Origin: Paraspadella gotoi
Lineage: Eukaryota; Animalia; Chaetognatha
Direction of reading: 5' to 3'
DNA: 64,000 nucleotides
Assembly: GCA_051294375.1 (NCBI GenBank)
Contig: CM119271.1
Span: 1,110,721 to 1,174,720, forward strand
Part shown: piece by piece, positions 11,321 through 25,176 of the stretch
How the letters are laid out: every line of letters begins with the position of its first letter
Numbering within the stretch: the first letter of the stretch is position 1
Notes under the pieces: generated by a model
What the model was told of the DNA's origin: nothing
The model's input: the letters and a program-made list of their open reading frames with translations, nothing else
The model's database searches: none
Program-made: the position numbers and the translations under genes

Positions 11321-14300
11321 GTAAGTCATCATTTTAAAGCTATAAAAAAACAAAAGGAACTGTGTAGTTTCGTACGCCCGCCGATAGGGCGACGATTTTG
11401 TAACGAGAAAAGACAAATGAACAGCGTTGGACTAAATATAATTGTCCGGGCGATCTGTCGGTTGAAGGAAGGAGGCTCGATGCGATCTTAAAACGCGTAA
11501 ACAAATGTGCAAATAAAAATACATATTTAACTAAAATTTATTAAACAAAATATACATTTAATGGATTTAATCTTTAACTTTTTCCTCAAGTAAACTATTC
11601 TTCGCTCATTTGACTTTTATATCATTAACTATTTCAGTAAATTCAATCTAATTTAAATAAAGTTTAAAACCGCTCGACTTTTATACGTTTACTCCAATTT
11701 AAAAGGGAAAAAAAATAAACGCATAGCTGCCCGACCCGACAGTTATATTCCCCAACTTGAGATCAAATTTTTTGAATCAGTGCCGCTGATCGCGTTCGAG
11801 TCCCTGTTGTTTTATTTATTTTTATTCTCTCTGGTCGGTGAAGGATCACAGCGTAAAGTTTGGGGCGTGACGTGTGAAGCGTTTATTCTCACTGGAGAAA
11901 AGGAGAAAAGAGAATAAATGACGATTGCAAAGAAAGGAAGTGAAAAATGTGTTTTTGTGTCCGAGAGAAAATTAGTGAAATAAAAAGAGAGAGAGACACT
12001 TTTCAATGAATTTTAAGATTGATTAGCTTTTCTCATTTTTTCAGTCTCAAGAGAAATCCAACGCCGAACGATTTCTCCGACCGAATTTTATTCGCATCTT
12101 ACTGTCCTTTTTATACGACGCGAACCGGTTATTACATTATTATATTTATAAAATGATAACTTTCCATTGTCTTAGCTCATCCCCTTTTCTTTCGAAATTC
12201 ACACTTGATTTACTTTTAAACTTTTGTTTCTCTATTGCACGTTTCGATTACTTTGTTAGTCGAAGAAGCAATAGGTTACCCACGTACGATACGAGGTAAG
12301 TTCTATAAAATCACAGGGTTTTAGTTAACGAGTTTGCCAATTTAAAATAACGATTGCCAAACAACTTTTTTTGCTCTTGATTTTAATTTATTTCTTGCAT
12401 CCTCCTTACATAAAATACCACTGTGACAGACATATTTAAAATTAAAAAAACTATTTATAAATAGTACATGATACGATTCCTGTAAATTGGATCTCAATTG
12501 GTTTCACAATATCCACAGTGCAATTCGAATTTGCACCGACGCTATCAGCGGTGTTGAGGAGATTTGCATTAGGAATCAATTTCACAATTTGGTTCCCCTT
12601 TCGGTCTGACACGACCGTCCCAGTTTACACAATCAAAAAAGTTTAAGTAAAACCAAAAAAAACCATCATTTTTACATAATAAAGAGCCTCGTTTTTAAAT
12701 TTCGAGAATAGCTTGAAAAGGCTTATTGAAGCTTGAGAAAGCTTATCAAGGCTTAAGAAAGCTTTAAGAAAAGCGTGAAAAAGCTTTCTGACATTGACAA
12801 TCGTTCGAAATCAGAGTTAGTCGAATGATATTTAACTAAAAATAGGCAAACATATTATATTTTTTCATTAATTCGGACAATCGCCGGTCAAAGGTTCGCC
12901 GTTTAATTATTATTTCCCCCTTTTTTGACTTAATGATCTGACTGAAAAAATACTAATAAAAAATCACACTTTTTTTTTTTTTTGTTTTTAAAAATTTCCA
13001 TTCCTTCCGCCGCGAACCCATGACGAAAAACAACAAAAACAAAAACATAAACAAAAATAAAACAAACAAAACAAAAACAAAAGAACCGAAGGATCGAACA
13101 AAGGCCCGACGACGACCGAAGACGTCGACGAGATTTTCCAAGAATCCGACAACGAATTCGAAGCGGCGCTCTCCGGCGTCGTCGACAACAACGGAACTGC
13201 GCCGCCGACCGGCCACCGCCGCGGCGCAGGCCCAACCGGCTCTCATCGGCGCGGTCGGCATCACAAGCCCGGAAAACATCGCAAGAGGCACCCGCGCCAG
13301 AGCCGCGAGAACGCCGAGGACGCCGGCCAAGATCTCCGGCGCCGGGAGAACGATCCCAGACGATCGAGCGCGCCGCGCGAGGATCCCAGACGCGCCGATC
13401 CAAGATACGGAAGAACGGACACGGGACAGACGGACCCCAGATACGCGGACCCGAGATACGGACGGACGGATGGAGGGAGAGGGAACGAGGAGGATCAGAG
13501 GCGCGCGGAGGCAGAAAGGCGCGCAGAAGAACAGAGACGCCTAGAGGCGGAAAGGCGCGCGGAAGAGCAAAGGCGCGTGGAGGCTGAAAGGCGCGCGGAG
13601 GAAGATTCTAGAAGATCGAATCGTTACGTCTATGGGGAAGAAGGCGACGGTAGAGCCAGGCCTGGAGGCGGAGACGAGAGAAGCGGATTCGTCAGGCCGG
13701 ATCAGGCGGGCGATCCGAGATACGGATTCGACAGAGAAGGAGAAAGAAGAAGAGAGGAAGAGGAGAGAAGGAGAGTGGAAGAGAGAAGGAGAGAGGAAGA
13801 GGAAGAGGCGAGAAGGAGAGAGGCGGAGAGATTGAGAGAGGTGGAAAGAGAGGCTGAGAGGGAGAGAGAGGCTGAGAGGGAGAGAGAGGAGAGGGAGAGG
13901 AAGGAAAGGGAGGAAGAGAGGAGAAGGGCGGGAGGAGGAGGAGGAGCAGGAGGAGGAGGAGGAGGGTTTGATAGAAGAGATCCTAGGTTCGGATCGGAAA
14001 CTGGATTCGGACAGACAAACAGACTCGACGGAGGCATCGATGCCGGACAGAGGTAACGTCAACCGTGGATAAAGTGACGTCAGCGATAACGTCAACGGTG
14101 ACGTCATCCGTGGTAAAACGGGGACGTAGATCAGACTTCGACTATAAAACCTGAAAACATTTACGCGGCTTTTTCAACAGTAACCAATCAGCGGCTTTTT
14201 AGCGACTTTTTTAGACCAATCAGATTCAGCGGAATTCTTTTCTCTTCTTATATCTAATCCAATCAAATTCACGTGTTTTTTTTTCATAACTTTCCACAAT

Positions 14301-14689
14301 CCATTCCGATCATAGAATTAATATAAAAAAACAGGCGAATCCGAAAAATAATTTTTAAAAAAAATTTGTTCTTTTTTTAAAAATTCTTTTGCTTGTTACT
14401 TCGCGCTTATATTTACACGAGCTACTTACAGAGCGCTATCCTTTCTCTATGAGTTGCTAACTACGTACGGGGGGCAAATTAGTAGTGTATTAGTAGATTT
14501 ATCCCAATGATTTTACTAACTTGACAAAAGACATTAATTCAAATTTTATTCGCTAAAAAAGTAGCAGGTCCTTGGATTTTAATTCGAAACTACATTTTAC
14601 AATTTAGACACTTAACAAAAAAATACAAAATTTTTATCCTTTCTTGTCACTTATTACAAATTTAAGTTTATTTTTTACTTTTTTCCTCT

Positions 14690-14731
<42 letters not shown>

Positions 14732-16211
14732 GCACGCACGCACGCAATCCTCCCATCACAAAAGACGAGATAGCGTGAAACCTCGAACGTGCACGTGGGA
14801 CATTGCGTGCGAAAATCCGGATCGCGTTGGACTCACGTGTTGCTACATGAACCCGTGAGTTCCTTTGCCGTATCTGTGGAGTTCACTGTGGAGATCCTCA
14901 CAGTGGTTAATGGTCACTTTTAGGGGGCGGATAAGGATCGGTGGTCATTGGTCACCGTTTTTTGCCGTGGTTTGACATTTTTGAATCCTCGTGATTTTTG
15001 GTCGTGAATTTGAAGTTTGCGCGGTTTTTTTATTTTTACTTGTGCCGCGAGTAATCGCGGAGCAACTCTATAAGTTACTTTTCGGTCGGTCGGTCGGTCC
15101 GTCGGTCGGTCGGTCCGTCGGTCGGTCGGTCCGTCGGTCGGTCGGTCGGTCCGTCGGTCGGTCGGTATGTCTGTCCTAATTACGTTAAAAATGTATATAA
15201 TTCGCCTATAGTTGGTTGCTCAATTGTAAAGACAGAAAAAACCTCAAATCTTAGGAAATGCTAAAACTATAAGGAATAAAAGACGAAATATTGATGCAGT
15301 GCATGTCATAAAAATACTGGAAAAGAAAGTTCTTTAGTCATGTCATGTCATGTCATATCATATCATGTGATCAAAGGGAAATACACGTGAAAATAAAGTC
15401 ACTTCGGCGCAACACATTGTTTTTTTTAAATTTTAGTTATCATTCATTAAACCGCCCTGATCTTCAGTTGACCACGAATGATTTTTCCTCCCAGTTATCC
15501 GTACATAATCGCCAGGTACTTGAATTAATGGATTACTAACAGAATGGGAGGCCATCGCTAACATTGGTTCCATCACGTTTCGTCGAAAAACTTAGTCTAT
15601 CTTTTTAATGGCTAATAATAGAGAATTGGTTAGAAAAAAAATAATTTAAATATTATATTATACGTTTATTTTTTAACCGAACTGTTACTTTAAATTCCCA
15701 GAAAGTTTTTTTTTTTAATCTGAAATTTTGATTTCATAATATTTTTTTTAATTCTACTTGTTTCCAATCAGTTTTTTTCTTTTAAATTAATTGTTTGTTT
15801 TGATTAAACTCTATATTCCACGTTATTTCTTCTCCTTTGAAAGCTACGGTCTCGTTTCTTTTGAGTCTCCCCCCCTTCCTCCCCTCTTCCCCTCCTCCCC
15901 CCTCCTCCCCCTCCGCCCCTCCCTCCTATTAAACAGTTCGCCTTTTTTGTCCGAAATGTTTGAAGGAAAAAAGGTTTTTTTCGTTTTTGTGATTTGAAAA
16001 AAAAAAAAAAAACTGGAAAAGTTAAAGGAAAATCTGGAAACAGTCGATGTTGAACTGTGAAGGGATGAGCGTCGTTATCGTCGTCGTTGTCGTCTCGTCG
16101 TCGTGTCGTCGTATTCGTCGTCGTCGATAAATACAGTCGTCAATCGTGTCTGCGTAGAAAGACAGCTTTAAGCGCTCAGCGCTGTAAAGCTGACGATTCC
16201 ATAAAAGCCAC

Positions 16212-16242
<31 letters not shown>

Positions 16243-19200
16243 TCCACAGATGTTAAATATATCAATATATCTTTACTACATCTCATCTTAAATAATAAAA
16301 CCTATTTTTCACTGTTGCCGCTCCTGATCGTTCAAGCAGTGATTTTAAATTCTTTTTCTAGCCTAAACTAGTTTAGCTCATAATTTCTTTTTACTAACTC
16401 GGCATAAGTATAATTCTCACTGGGTACAGCAGTAGCTCACCACTTTCGTGATAGCTTTAAATATTTATTCGCGCGAGAGAACAAATTAAAAAATTCTTTC
16501 TATTAACGATTATTTTTTTTATTTTCTTTTTTCCCCATAAAATGCACTCTTACCTTCCCATCCGAAAACTTGGTTCCCTTACCCTCCCTTACCTTAATTA
16601 CTCACTCGCTATCCTACCTCGAAACTGAAAACGCCTCACCACTCACCTCCCACTCACCCGCCACGCCCATCTATCAACATCAGAGGCGGATCGGACCCCA
16701 GCAGAGGGGACGGCGGCAGCGGCGGCAGCGGCGGCGCAGGCGGCGGCGGCGCTGGCGGCGGCGGGGGCACCGTGGGAAAGGTGCAAAAGGTTGAATGCGG
16801 CGGACGGGACTGCAATAACGGAAGAGGCTGCTTCTGCGTGGGCGAAAAGGGATCGATGGTAAGGAAGGGTGAGGGAAAAAGTCAGATNNNNNNNNNNNNN
16901 NNNNNNNNNNNNNNNNNNNNNNNNNNNNNNNNNNNNNNNNNNNNNNNNNNNNNNNNNNNNNNNNNNNNNNNNNNNNNNNNNNNNNNNNNNNNNNNNNNNN
17001 NNNNNNNNNNNNNNNNNNNNNNNNNNNNNNNNNNNNNNNNNNNNNNNNNNNNNNNNNNNNNNNNNNNNNNNNNNNNNNNNNNNNNNNNNNNNNNNNNNNN
17101 NNNNNNNNNNNNNNNNNNNNNNNNNNNNNNNNNNNNNNNNNNNNNAAATGTTAAGGCATTATCAGGCATTGTAATTATTTCAGAAAGTTCATAGTAGAGG
17201 GTTTGTTGTAAGAAACCTTTCATTCAGATNNNNNNNNNNNNNNNNNNNNNNNNNNNNNNNNNNNNNNNNNNNNNNNNNNNNNNNNNNNNNNNNNNNNNNN
17301 NNNNNNNNNNNNNNNNNNNNNNNNNNNNNNNNNNNNNNNNNNNNNNNNNNNNNNNNNNNNNNNNNNNNNNNNNNNNNNNNNNNNNNNNNNNNNNNNNNNN
17401 NNNNNNNNNNNNNNNNNNNNNNNNNNNNNNNNNNNNNNNNNNNNNNNNNNNNNNNNNNNNNNNNNNNNNNNNNNNNNNNNNNNNNNNNNNNNNNNNNNNN
17501 NNNNNNNNNNNNNNNNNNNNNNNNNNNNNNNNNNNNNNNNNNNNNNNNNNNNNNNNNNNNNNNNNNNNNNNNNNNNNNNNNNNNNNNNNNNNNNNNNNNN
17601 NNNNNNNNNNNNNNNNNNNNNNNNNNNNNNNNNNNNNNNNNNNNNNNNNNNNNNNNNNNNNNNNNNNNNNNNNNNNNNNNNNNNNNNNNNNNNNNNNNNN
17701 NNNNNNNNNNNNNNNNNNNNNNNNNNNNNNNNNNNNNNNNNNNNNNNNNNNNNNNNNNNNNNNNNNNNNNNNNNNNNNNNNNNNNNNNNNNNNNNNNNNN
17801 NNNNNNNNNNNNNNNNNNNNNNNNNNNNNNNNNNNNNNNNNNNNNNNNNNNNNNNNNNNNNNNNNNNNNNNNNNNNNNNNNNNNNNNNNNNNNNNNNNNN
17901 NNNNNNNNNNNNNNNNNNNNNNNNNNNNNNNNNNNNNNNNNNNNNNNNNNNNNNNNNNNNNNNNNNNNNNNNNNNNNNNNNNNNNNNNNNNNNNNNNNNN
18001 NNNNNNNNNNNNNNNNNNNNNNNNNNNNNNNNNNNNNNNNNNNNNNNNNNNNNNNNNNNNNNNNNNNNNNNNNNNNNNNNNNNNNNNNNNNNNNNNNNNN
18101 NNNNNTATGTCATGTCGCGTTATGTCATGTTATATCACATCATGTTATGACATGTCACGAGAAATATACGCGAAAATAAAGTCTCAGTGGCGCAACACAT
18201 TGGATGAACCTATCTTGTTTCTTTTTTTCTTTCTCCTTTCTCTTCCCTCTTTCCTTCCTTACCCCTACGCCTTACCCCTAAGCCTTACATCTACTCTTTA
18301 CCCCTACGCCCCCGTCGGCCCAAAAGCTTTCCCCCCCTTAGATTTTCGCGGTTGCGTCTTGTGATCAGTCACGAGTTTAGGGATCAAAAAATCAAAATCA
18401 AATTCATCGGCGGAAAAATTTTGAAAATTAATTTGGGGCATCAATCGATATTTATCGATTCCGTTTTCAGGATTAAAGTAGGGTGNNNNNNNNNNNNNNN
18501 NNNNNNNNNNNNNNNNNNNNNNNNNNNNNNNNNNNNNNNNNNNNNNNNNNNNNNNNNNNNNNNNNNNNNNNNNNNNNNNNNNNNNNNNNNNNNNNNNNNN
18601 NNNNNNNNNNNNNNNNNNNNNNNNNNNNNNNNNNNNNNNNNNNNNNNNNNNNNNNNNNNNNNNNNNNNNNNNNNNNNNNNNNNNNNNNNNNNNNNNNNNN
18701 NNNNNNNNNNNNNNNNNNNNNNNNNNNNNNNNNNNNNNNNNNNNNNNNNNNATGAATGAATGAATGAATGAATGAATGAATGAATGGAAAGAAGACGAAA
18801 AAGATACGACAAGAAGGAAGCAATAAAGTTTAAAGATGCAAGCGTCAACAAACTAAAAAAAGTCAAACCAGGTTACGAATTTACGATACAAAAAAACCCA
18901 CAAACGTAAAAAAAAACTAAAAAAAACACAAAAAAAAACAGACGCGTGAAAAACGAGATCGAAACCGAAAAAAAGAAAGAGAAACAAAAAATTTAAAAAA
19001 AAACAAGGAACGTGATGCGCGATGTTTTTTTGTCGCCATCGATACGAGATTAATCATCTCGACTCCTGGTGGCCACGTTGAAAAACTGAGAGGACGATCC
19101 CCCGGTTGATGGGCGGATACGATGAGCCTTTTTTTTTNNNNNNNNNNNNNNNNNNNNNNNNNNNNNNNNNNNNNNNNNNNNNNNNNNNNNNNNNNNNNNN

Positions 19201-22200
19201 NNNNNNNNNNNNNNNNNNNNNNNNNNNNNNNNNNNNNNNNNNNNNNNNNNNNNNNNNNNNNNNNNNNNNNNNNNNNNNNNNNNNNNNNNNNNNNNNNNNN
19301 NNNNNNNNNNNNNNNNNNNNNNNNNNNNNNNNNNNNNNNNNNNNNNNNNNNNNNNNNNNNNNNNNNNNNNNNNNNNNNNNNNNNNNNNNNNNNNNNNNNN
19401 NNNNNNNNNNNNNNNNNNNNNNNNNNNNNNNNNNNNNNNNNNNNNNNNNNNNNNNNNNNNNNNNNNNNNNNNNNNNNNNNNNNNNNNNNNNNNNNNNNNN
19501 NNNNNNNNNNNNNNNNNNNNNNNNNNNNNNNNNNNNNNNNNNNNNNNNNNNNNNNNNNNNNNNNNNNNNNNNNNNNNNNNNNNNNNNNNNNNNNNNNNNN
19601 NNNNNNNNNNNNNNNNNNNNNNNNNNNNNNNNNNNNNNNNNNNNNNNNNNNNNNNNNNNNNNNNNNNNNNNNNNNNNNNNNNNNNNNNNNNNNNNNNNNN
19701 NNNNNNNNNNNNNNNNNNNNNNNNNNNNNNNNNNNNNNNNNNNNNNNNNNNNNNNNNNNNNNNNNNNNNNNNNNNNNNNNNNNNNNNNNNNNNNNNNNNN
19801 NNNNNNNNNNNNNNNNNNNNNNNNNNNNNNNNNNNNNNNNNNNNNNNNNNNNNNNNNNNNNNNNNNNNNNNNNNNNNNNNNNNNNNNNNNNNNNNNNNNN
19901 NNNNNNNNNNNNNNNNNNNNNNNNNNNNNNNNNNNNNNNNNNNNNNNNNNNNNNNNNNNNNNNNNNNNNNNNNNNNNNNNNNNNNNNNNNNNNNNNNNNN
20001 NNNNNNNNNNNNNNNNNNNNNNNNNNNNNNNNNNNNNNNNNNNNNNNNNNNNNNNNNNNNNNNNNNNNNNNTGAAGTTTTTTAATTTTTCTTATATTTAT
20101 ATTTTATTATTATCATTATTATTTTCATTATACATTTTTTTTTATGACTTGGATACTTTCTCCACGTAGCGACTGTCCAAGGCGGTTATCTTATGTGTAT
20201 TAAAGATGACACACCCTTCAGCTCCATCAATCTCTCTCTCTTGCATCTCTCTCTCTGTGAATCTCTCTCTCGTCAATCTAACTCGTCATAAGGATACGAT
20301 GTGANNNNNNNNNNNNNNNNNNNNNNNNNNNNNNNNNNNNNNNNNNNNNNNNNNNNNNNNNNNNNNNNNNNNNNNNNNNNNNNNNNNNNNNNNNNNNNNN
20401 NNNNNNNNNNNNNNNNNNNNNNNNNNNNNNNNNNNNNNNNNNNNNNNNNNNTGTCACAACTGTTGAGAAACCTTTCAGAAGAGCTTGTGTACCCAGGAGT
20501 ATTAATTTTGCCCAGAGTATGTTTGTTAACTTCTTTTTTTTTTCGCATCCCTTTTTTTAATATTTTTTTAAACTCTTTTTTTATTTTTTAACAAATTTCT
20601 GGCTAAAAAAGGCAGTACGATGGAACGTGAGAGAGAAGGAGAGAGAGATGAGAGAGAGAGGAGAGAGAGAGAGAGAGAGAAGAGAGAAGAGGAAGAGAGA
20701 GAGAGACATGTTTGAACAGGTTTCTTCCCCTTTTTTTTCAGGGTCTACAAGGGCCACCTGGACTCAGAGGCCCTCGCGGTCTGGACGGCTGCAACGGAAC
20801 TAAGGTACACAAAAATTCGATATCCAATCGAATTCGATTTCGCTAATTATCTCAAAATTGTAAATGTTTATATTTAATATTCATTATTTTTAATATTAGA
20901 TAGTATATAGCCTATATACCTTTTTTTTCGAAACATTTGACGTAATAATTATTTAAAGAAAACCATCGTTAGCCGTATATATTATCAAACTTAACTTATG
21001 AATTAACTTAATCCGAAAGAAATATTGTTAAAAAAATCCAACCCCCTTTTTAACTCATTAGCCTCTCTTTCCATATTTTTTTTCCAAAATTCTCTCGAGT
21101 CTTCGAATCCAGATGTCGCTTTCCCTTTTTCTGGACAAAAAAACCTACGTTGATTGAAAAAAAAAAGCACAATAACAAAACAATTTTTTTAATTAATTTA
21201 CAAATAAAGCCGACGTAGATTTTTAATTTAAATAATGAGGTGTTTTTATTAGTATCAAGTTAATTTTAAGCATGCGAAATGTACATTACCAGCAATAATG
21301 AAAATATTGCAATACAAGGGAAATAAATTGAAGAGAAAAGTTTTAAGATATAAAATGTTGTTTCGAACAAGATTTTTGTGGTACTTCGATTACTTGATAG
21401 TATCTGTTCCATCCAAACAATTTTTAATGTCTTCATTTAATGATACATTTAATTCGTTTAAATGTTAACAAAGTCACTCTATCTCTCTCTACCTCACTTT
21501 CTCCCCAAACTACCCATCCTCCACCACCCTTTTCTAAGGGCGAGCCCGGACGACCGGGCCTTCCAGGCACGTCCGGCCCCCAAGGTCCCCCGGGCCCACG
21601 GGGCACCAAGGGCGAGAAGGGCAACCCGAGCGGCATATCGGTCAAGGGCATCAAGGGCGAGCCGGGCGGACGAGGACGCGACGGACCGCCGGTGAGTGAG
21701 AGAGAGAGAGAGAGAGAGAGGGTAAGGGCTGGGGTAAGTTTTTCGAGGCGGCGATGGGATTGGCCTTGTCTTACCGGGAGGANNNNNNNNNNNNNNNNNN
21801 NNNNNNNGAAAGAGGAGGAGGAAAAAAGGAGGTCAGTAAACTAATTTTTTTAATATATAATTAAGGGACCGAATAAAATGACTGTAAATTACACGAACGA
21901 ACGAACGAACGAACGAACGAACGAAGGAACGAACGACGACGAACGAACGAACAGAAGACGAACAACGAACGAACGAACGAACGAACGACAACGAACGAGA
22001 CGAACGAAAACGAACGAACAGCGAAGACGAACGAACGAACGCAACGACGTACGAACGGAACGAAGCCGAACGCGAACGAACGTAATCGAAGACGAAGCGA
22101 ACGAACGAACGAACGACGAACGAACGAACGAACGAACGAAAGTAGTCTAAACGAAGAGGAGATTATAATTTAAATTTAAATACTTAACGAGGAAATTAAT

Positions 22201-24923
22201 GATATTACTCATGATATGATACAAAAATGAGCGAATGACGTATATGACGTTGAAATTCAAATTCGCAGTCTTGGCCTCACTGTGAATTATCGCGAGTGTT
22301 CACCCTCGAATATTCCGTTCTTCACGAATTGACGCGTCACACCAAATCGATTCACTTCTCATGCGAGGCGAAGATTAAATACACAGAAAACGAATATTAA
22401 AGGAAAAGAATAAAAGCATAACAGAATTTTGATATGCGCCGGGAGTTTTTTGAGCCTCAAACGATTGACGTCGCCAGCGAAATTGAGAGTCCACAATCGC
22501 GTTATATGACTTACGCGTTAAATGTATAAGTGTTAATTACTCTATGCTTAAGTAGGAATAAGCCAATTCTCTTCAAATGTCACTTAAAAAGGCAGTGATC
22601 ACACATCACTTCAGGTATCACGGCTGGAATCTATAAATAATCCACTTCAAGCTATCACTTAAAAAGCAGAATATTAACCATCACATCAGGTGTCACTTAG
22701 GAAATTAAATGAAATTAAATTAACGAGGAAATTAATGATATTACTCAGATTGATACAAAAATGAAGCGAATGACGTAATTGACGTGATATAAAATTCGCA
22801 GCTTGGGTCCTCACTGAATTCACTCGCGAGTTTCACCCTCGAATATTCGGTTTTNNNNNNNNNNNNNNNNNNNNNNNNNNNNNNNNNNNNNNNNNNNNNN
22901 NNNNNNNNNNNNNNNNNNNNNNNNNNNNNNNNNNNNNNNNNNNNNNNNNNNNNNNNNNNNNNNNNNNNNNNNNNNNNNNNNNNNNNNNNNNNNNNNNNNN
23001 NNNNNNNNNNNNNNNNNNNNNNNNNNNNNNNNNNNNNNNNNNNNNNNCGACGCGTCACACCAAATCGATTCACTTCTCACGCGAGGCAAAGATTAAATCA
23101 CACAGAAAAACGAATTAAAGGAAATGAATAAAAGACAAACAGATTTTGATAGTGATGCGCGGGATTTTTTTGAGCCTCAAACTGAGTGACGTCGCCAGCG
23201 AAATTGAGAGTCACACCAATCGCGATATTACTTACGCGTTTAATAGTATCAGTTAGGTAGGAGATTAACCATCACTTCTGGCCTCACTTAAAATCTAATA
23301 ATAACTTCAAAAGTTTGGAGAATAACCAATCTCTTCAAATGTCACTTAAAAAGGCAAGTGATCAACCATCACTTCAGGTATCATGGCTGGAAATTATAAA
23401 TCACTCCACTTAGAAAAGCAGAATGTTAACCATCACATCAGGTGTCAAATAGATAAGTCTCGATCGCTCACTTCCTTCACTGATTCATCCAAAGACCAGA
23501 AGCAACCTATTTCCCTTTGCCTCCCTCACACACACAGTGTGTCGTCACACACACAGGATACAGCGAAGCTACTTAACGCAGACCCTGTTCCCGTGTTCTC
23601 CTCCCAGCGGCGCATCGAAGGAATCCCCAGGGGTACCGGGCACCCTCGGGACATCCCAGGCTGAGTCCCGAGTTCCTTCATAACCGTCATTTTTCGAAAT
23701 CGTTAAATTTCGTTACGGTCCCGCCTCCGGAGGAGAAGAGGGGAGGGAGGAGGGAGGAAGAAGGGAGGGAGGAAGGGAGAGGGGCGAGGAAAGGAGAAAG
23801 GACAGTCCAAAATCAGGAGGCCAGATAGCTTTTTTCATGAATGAAGGAATTATTTTTTACATTGTTTGTATCAATTTCANNNNNNNNNNNNNNNNNNNNN
23901 NNNNCCGGAGTAGAAGAGGGGAGGGTGAGGAGGAGGATAGAAGGGGCGAAGGAGGAAGCGGAAGGAAGGGAGGAATGGAGGAGGGGCGATGAAAGGAGAA
24001 AGGGACAGTCCAAAATCAGGAGCCATGATTACTTTTTTTCCATGATTATGAAGAATTATTTTTTACATTGTTTTGTACCATTTCACAGAGGTCCACATTG
24101 TCAAAAGTTTAGGTAGTTGTTAGTTTAACTTCTTATATAGAGAAAGAGAGCAATGAGGGTTCGGTATGTTGAGAGCGAGGAAGGTAGGGGGAGAGAAAGA
24201 GGAAGGGAAGGAAAAGAGAGAGAGAGAGAGAGAGTAGAGAGAGAGAGAGAGAGAGAGATGGAGAGAGTAGAGAGAGAAGCGAGAGATGAGATGGAGGATG
24301 GGAGAGAGAGAGAGAGAGAGAGAGAGGAAGGAAAATGTCGACGATCGCTGGAGCTGGTGATGTTGAAGATGACGTCGATGATGTTGACGATGACGTCGAT
24401 GATGTCGACGATGACGTCGATGACGCCGACGATTTTAACGACGATATCGCTTATGACGACGACGACGACAATAAAATTATTAACCCCTGCGATGAAAGGA
24501 AATCGTATTCTCGTAAAAAAAAAAAAATAAAACAAAATCCTTGAGGATCGAAAAAGAAAAAGCGGACGATGACGTCAGAGGACGCTGTCGTCCCAGTTTT
24601 TCTTTCTTTTTTTTCTTTTTTTTTTCCATTTACGATCGCAGCGTGAAAAAAGTCTGGACAGCCGACCGGTCAATCATTAAAACCATCCACGGGTTTTTTT
24701 TAACCTTAAAAAAGTTTATAATAACAAGTTTATAATAAATCATTTTTGCTATTTTCTTTTAGTCGCGCGTTGGAGTAAAAGAAAAAAAAAAAGAGATAAA
24801 GAGTCAAAGTCAAGGATGCAGATAGACAAAAAAACAAACAAATAAATAAAATAAATAAATAAAATAAATAAATAAATAAATAAATAAAAATAATAAATAA
24901 ATAAATAAATAAATAAATAAATA

Positions 24924-24978
<55 letters not shown>

Positions 24979-24979
24979 A

Positions 24980-25010
<31 letters not shown>

Positions 25011-25145
25011 ATAATAAATATATAAATAATAAATAAATAATAAATAAATAATAAATAAATAAATAAATAAATAAATATATAAATAAAAATAAATAAATAA
25101 ATAATAAATAAATAAATAAATAAAAATAAATAAATAAATAAATAA

Positions 25146-25176
<31 letters not shown>

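Noticed and set aside
13020-13544. 174-aa [11 protein letters not shown]..
   Set aside because: Alternative frame. The overlapping frame is open for 323 codons and splices to the 7S exon.
22188-24090. Local tandem duplications (22188-22720 vs 22721-23445; 23715-23879 vs 23905-24090)
   Set aside because: Single-copy in the inverted arm, indel-rich and next to 25-N gaps, so assembly artefacts.
24335-24544. Asp-rich [12 protein letters not shown]
   Set aside because: Intronic GAC/GAT repeat without splice support. Repeat number differs in the inverted copy.
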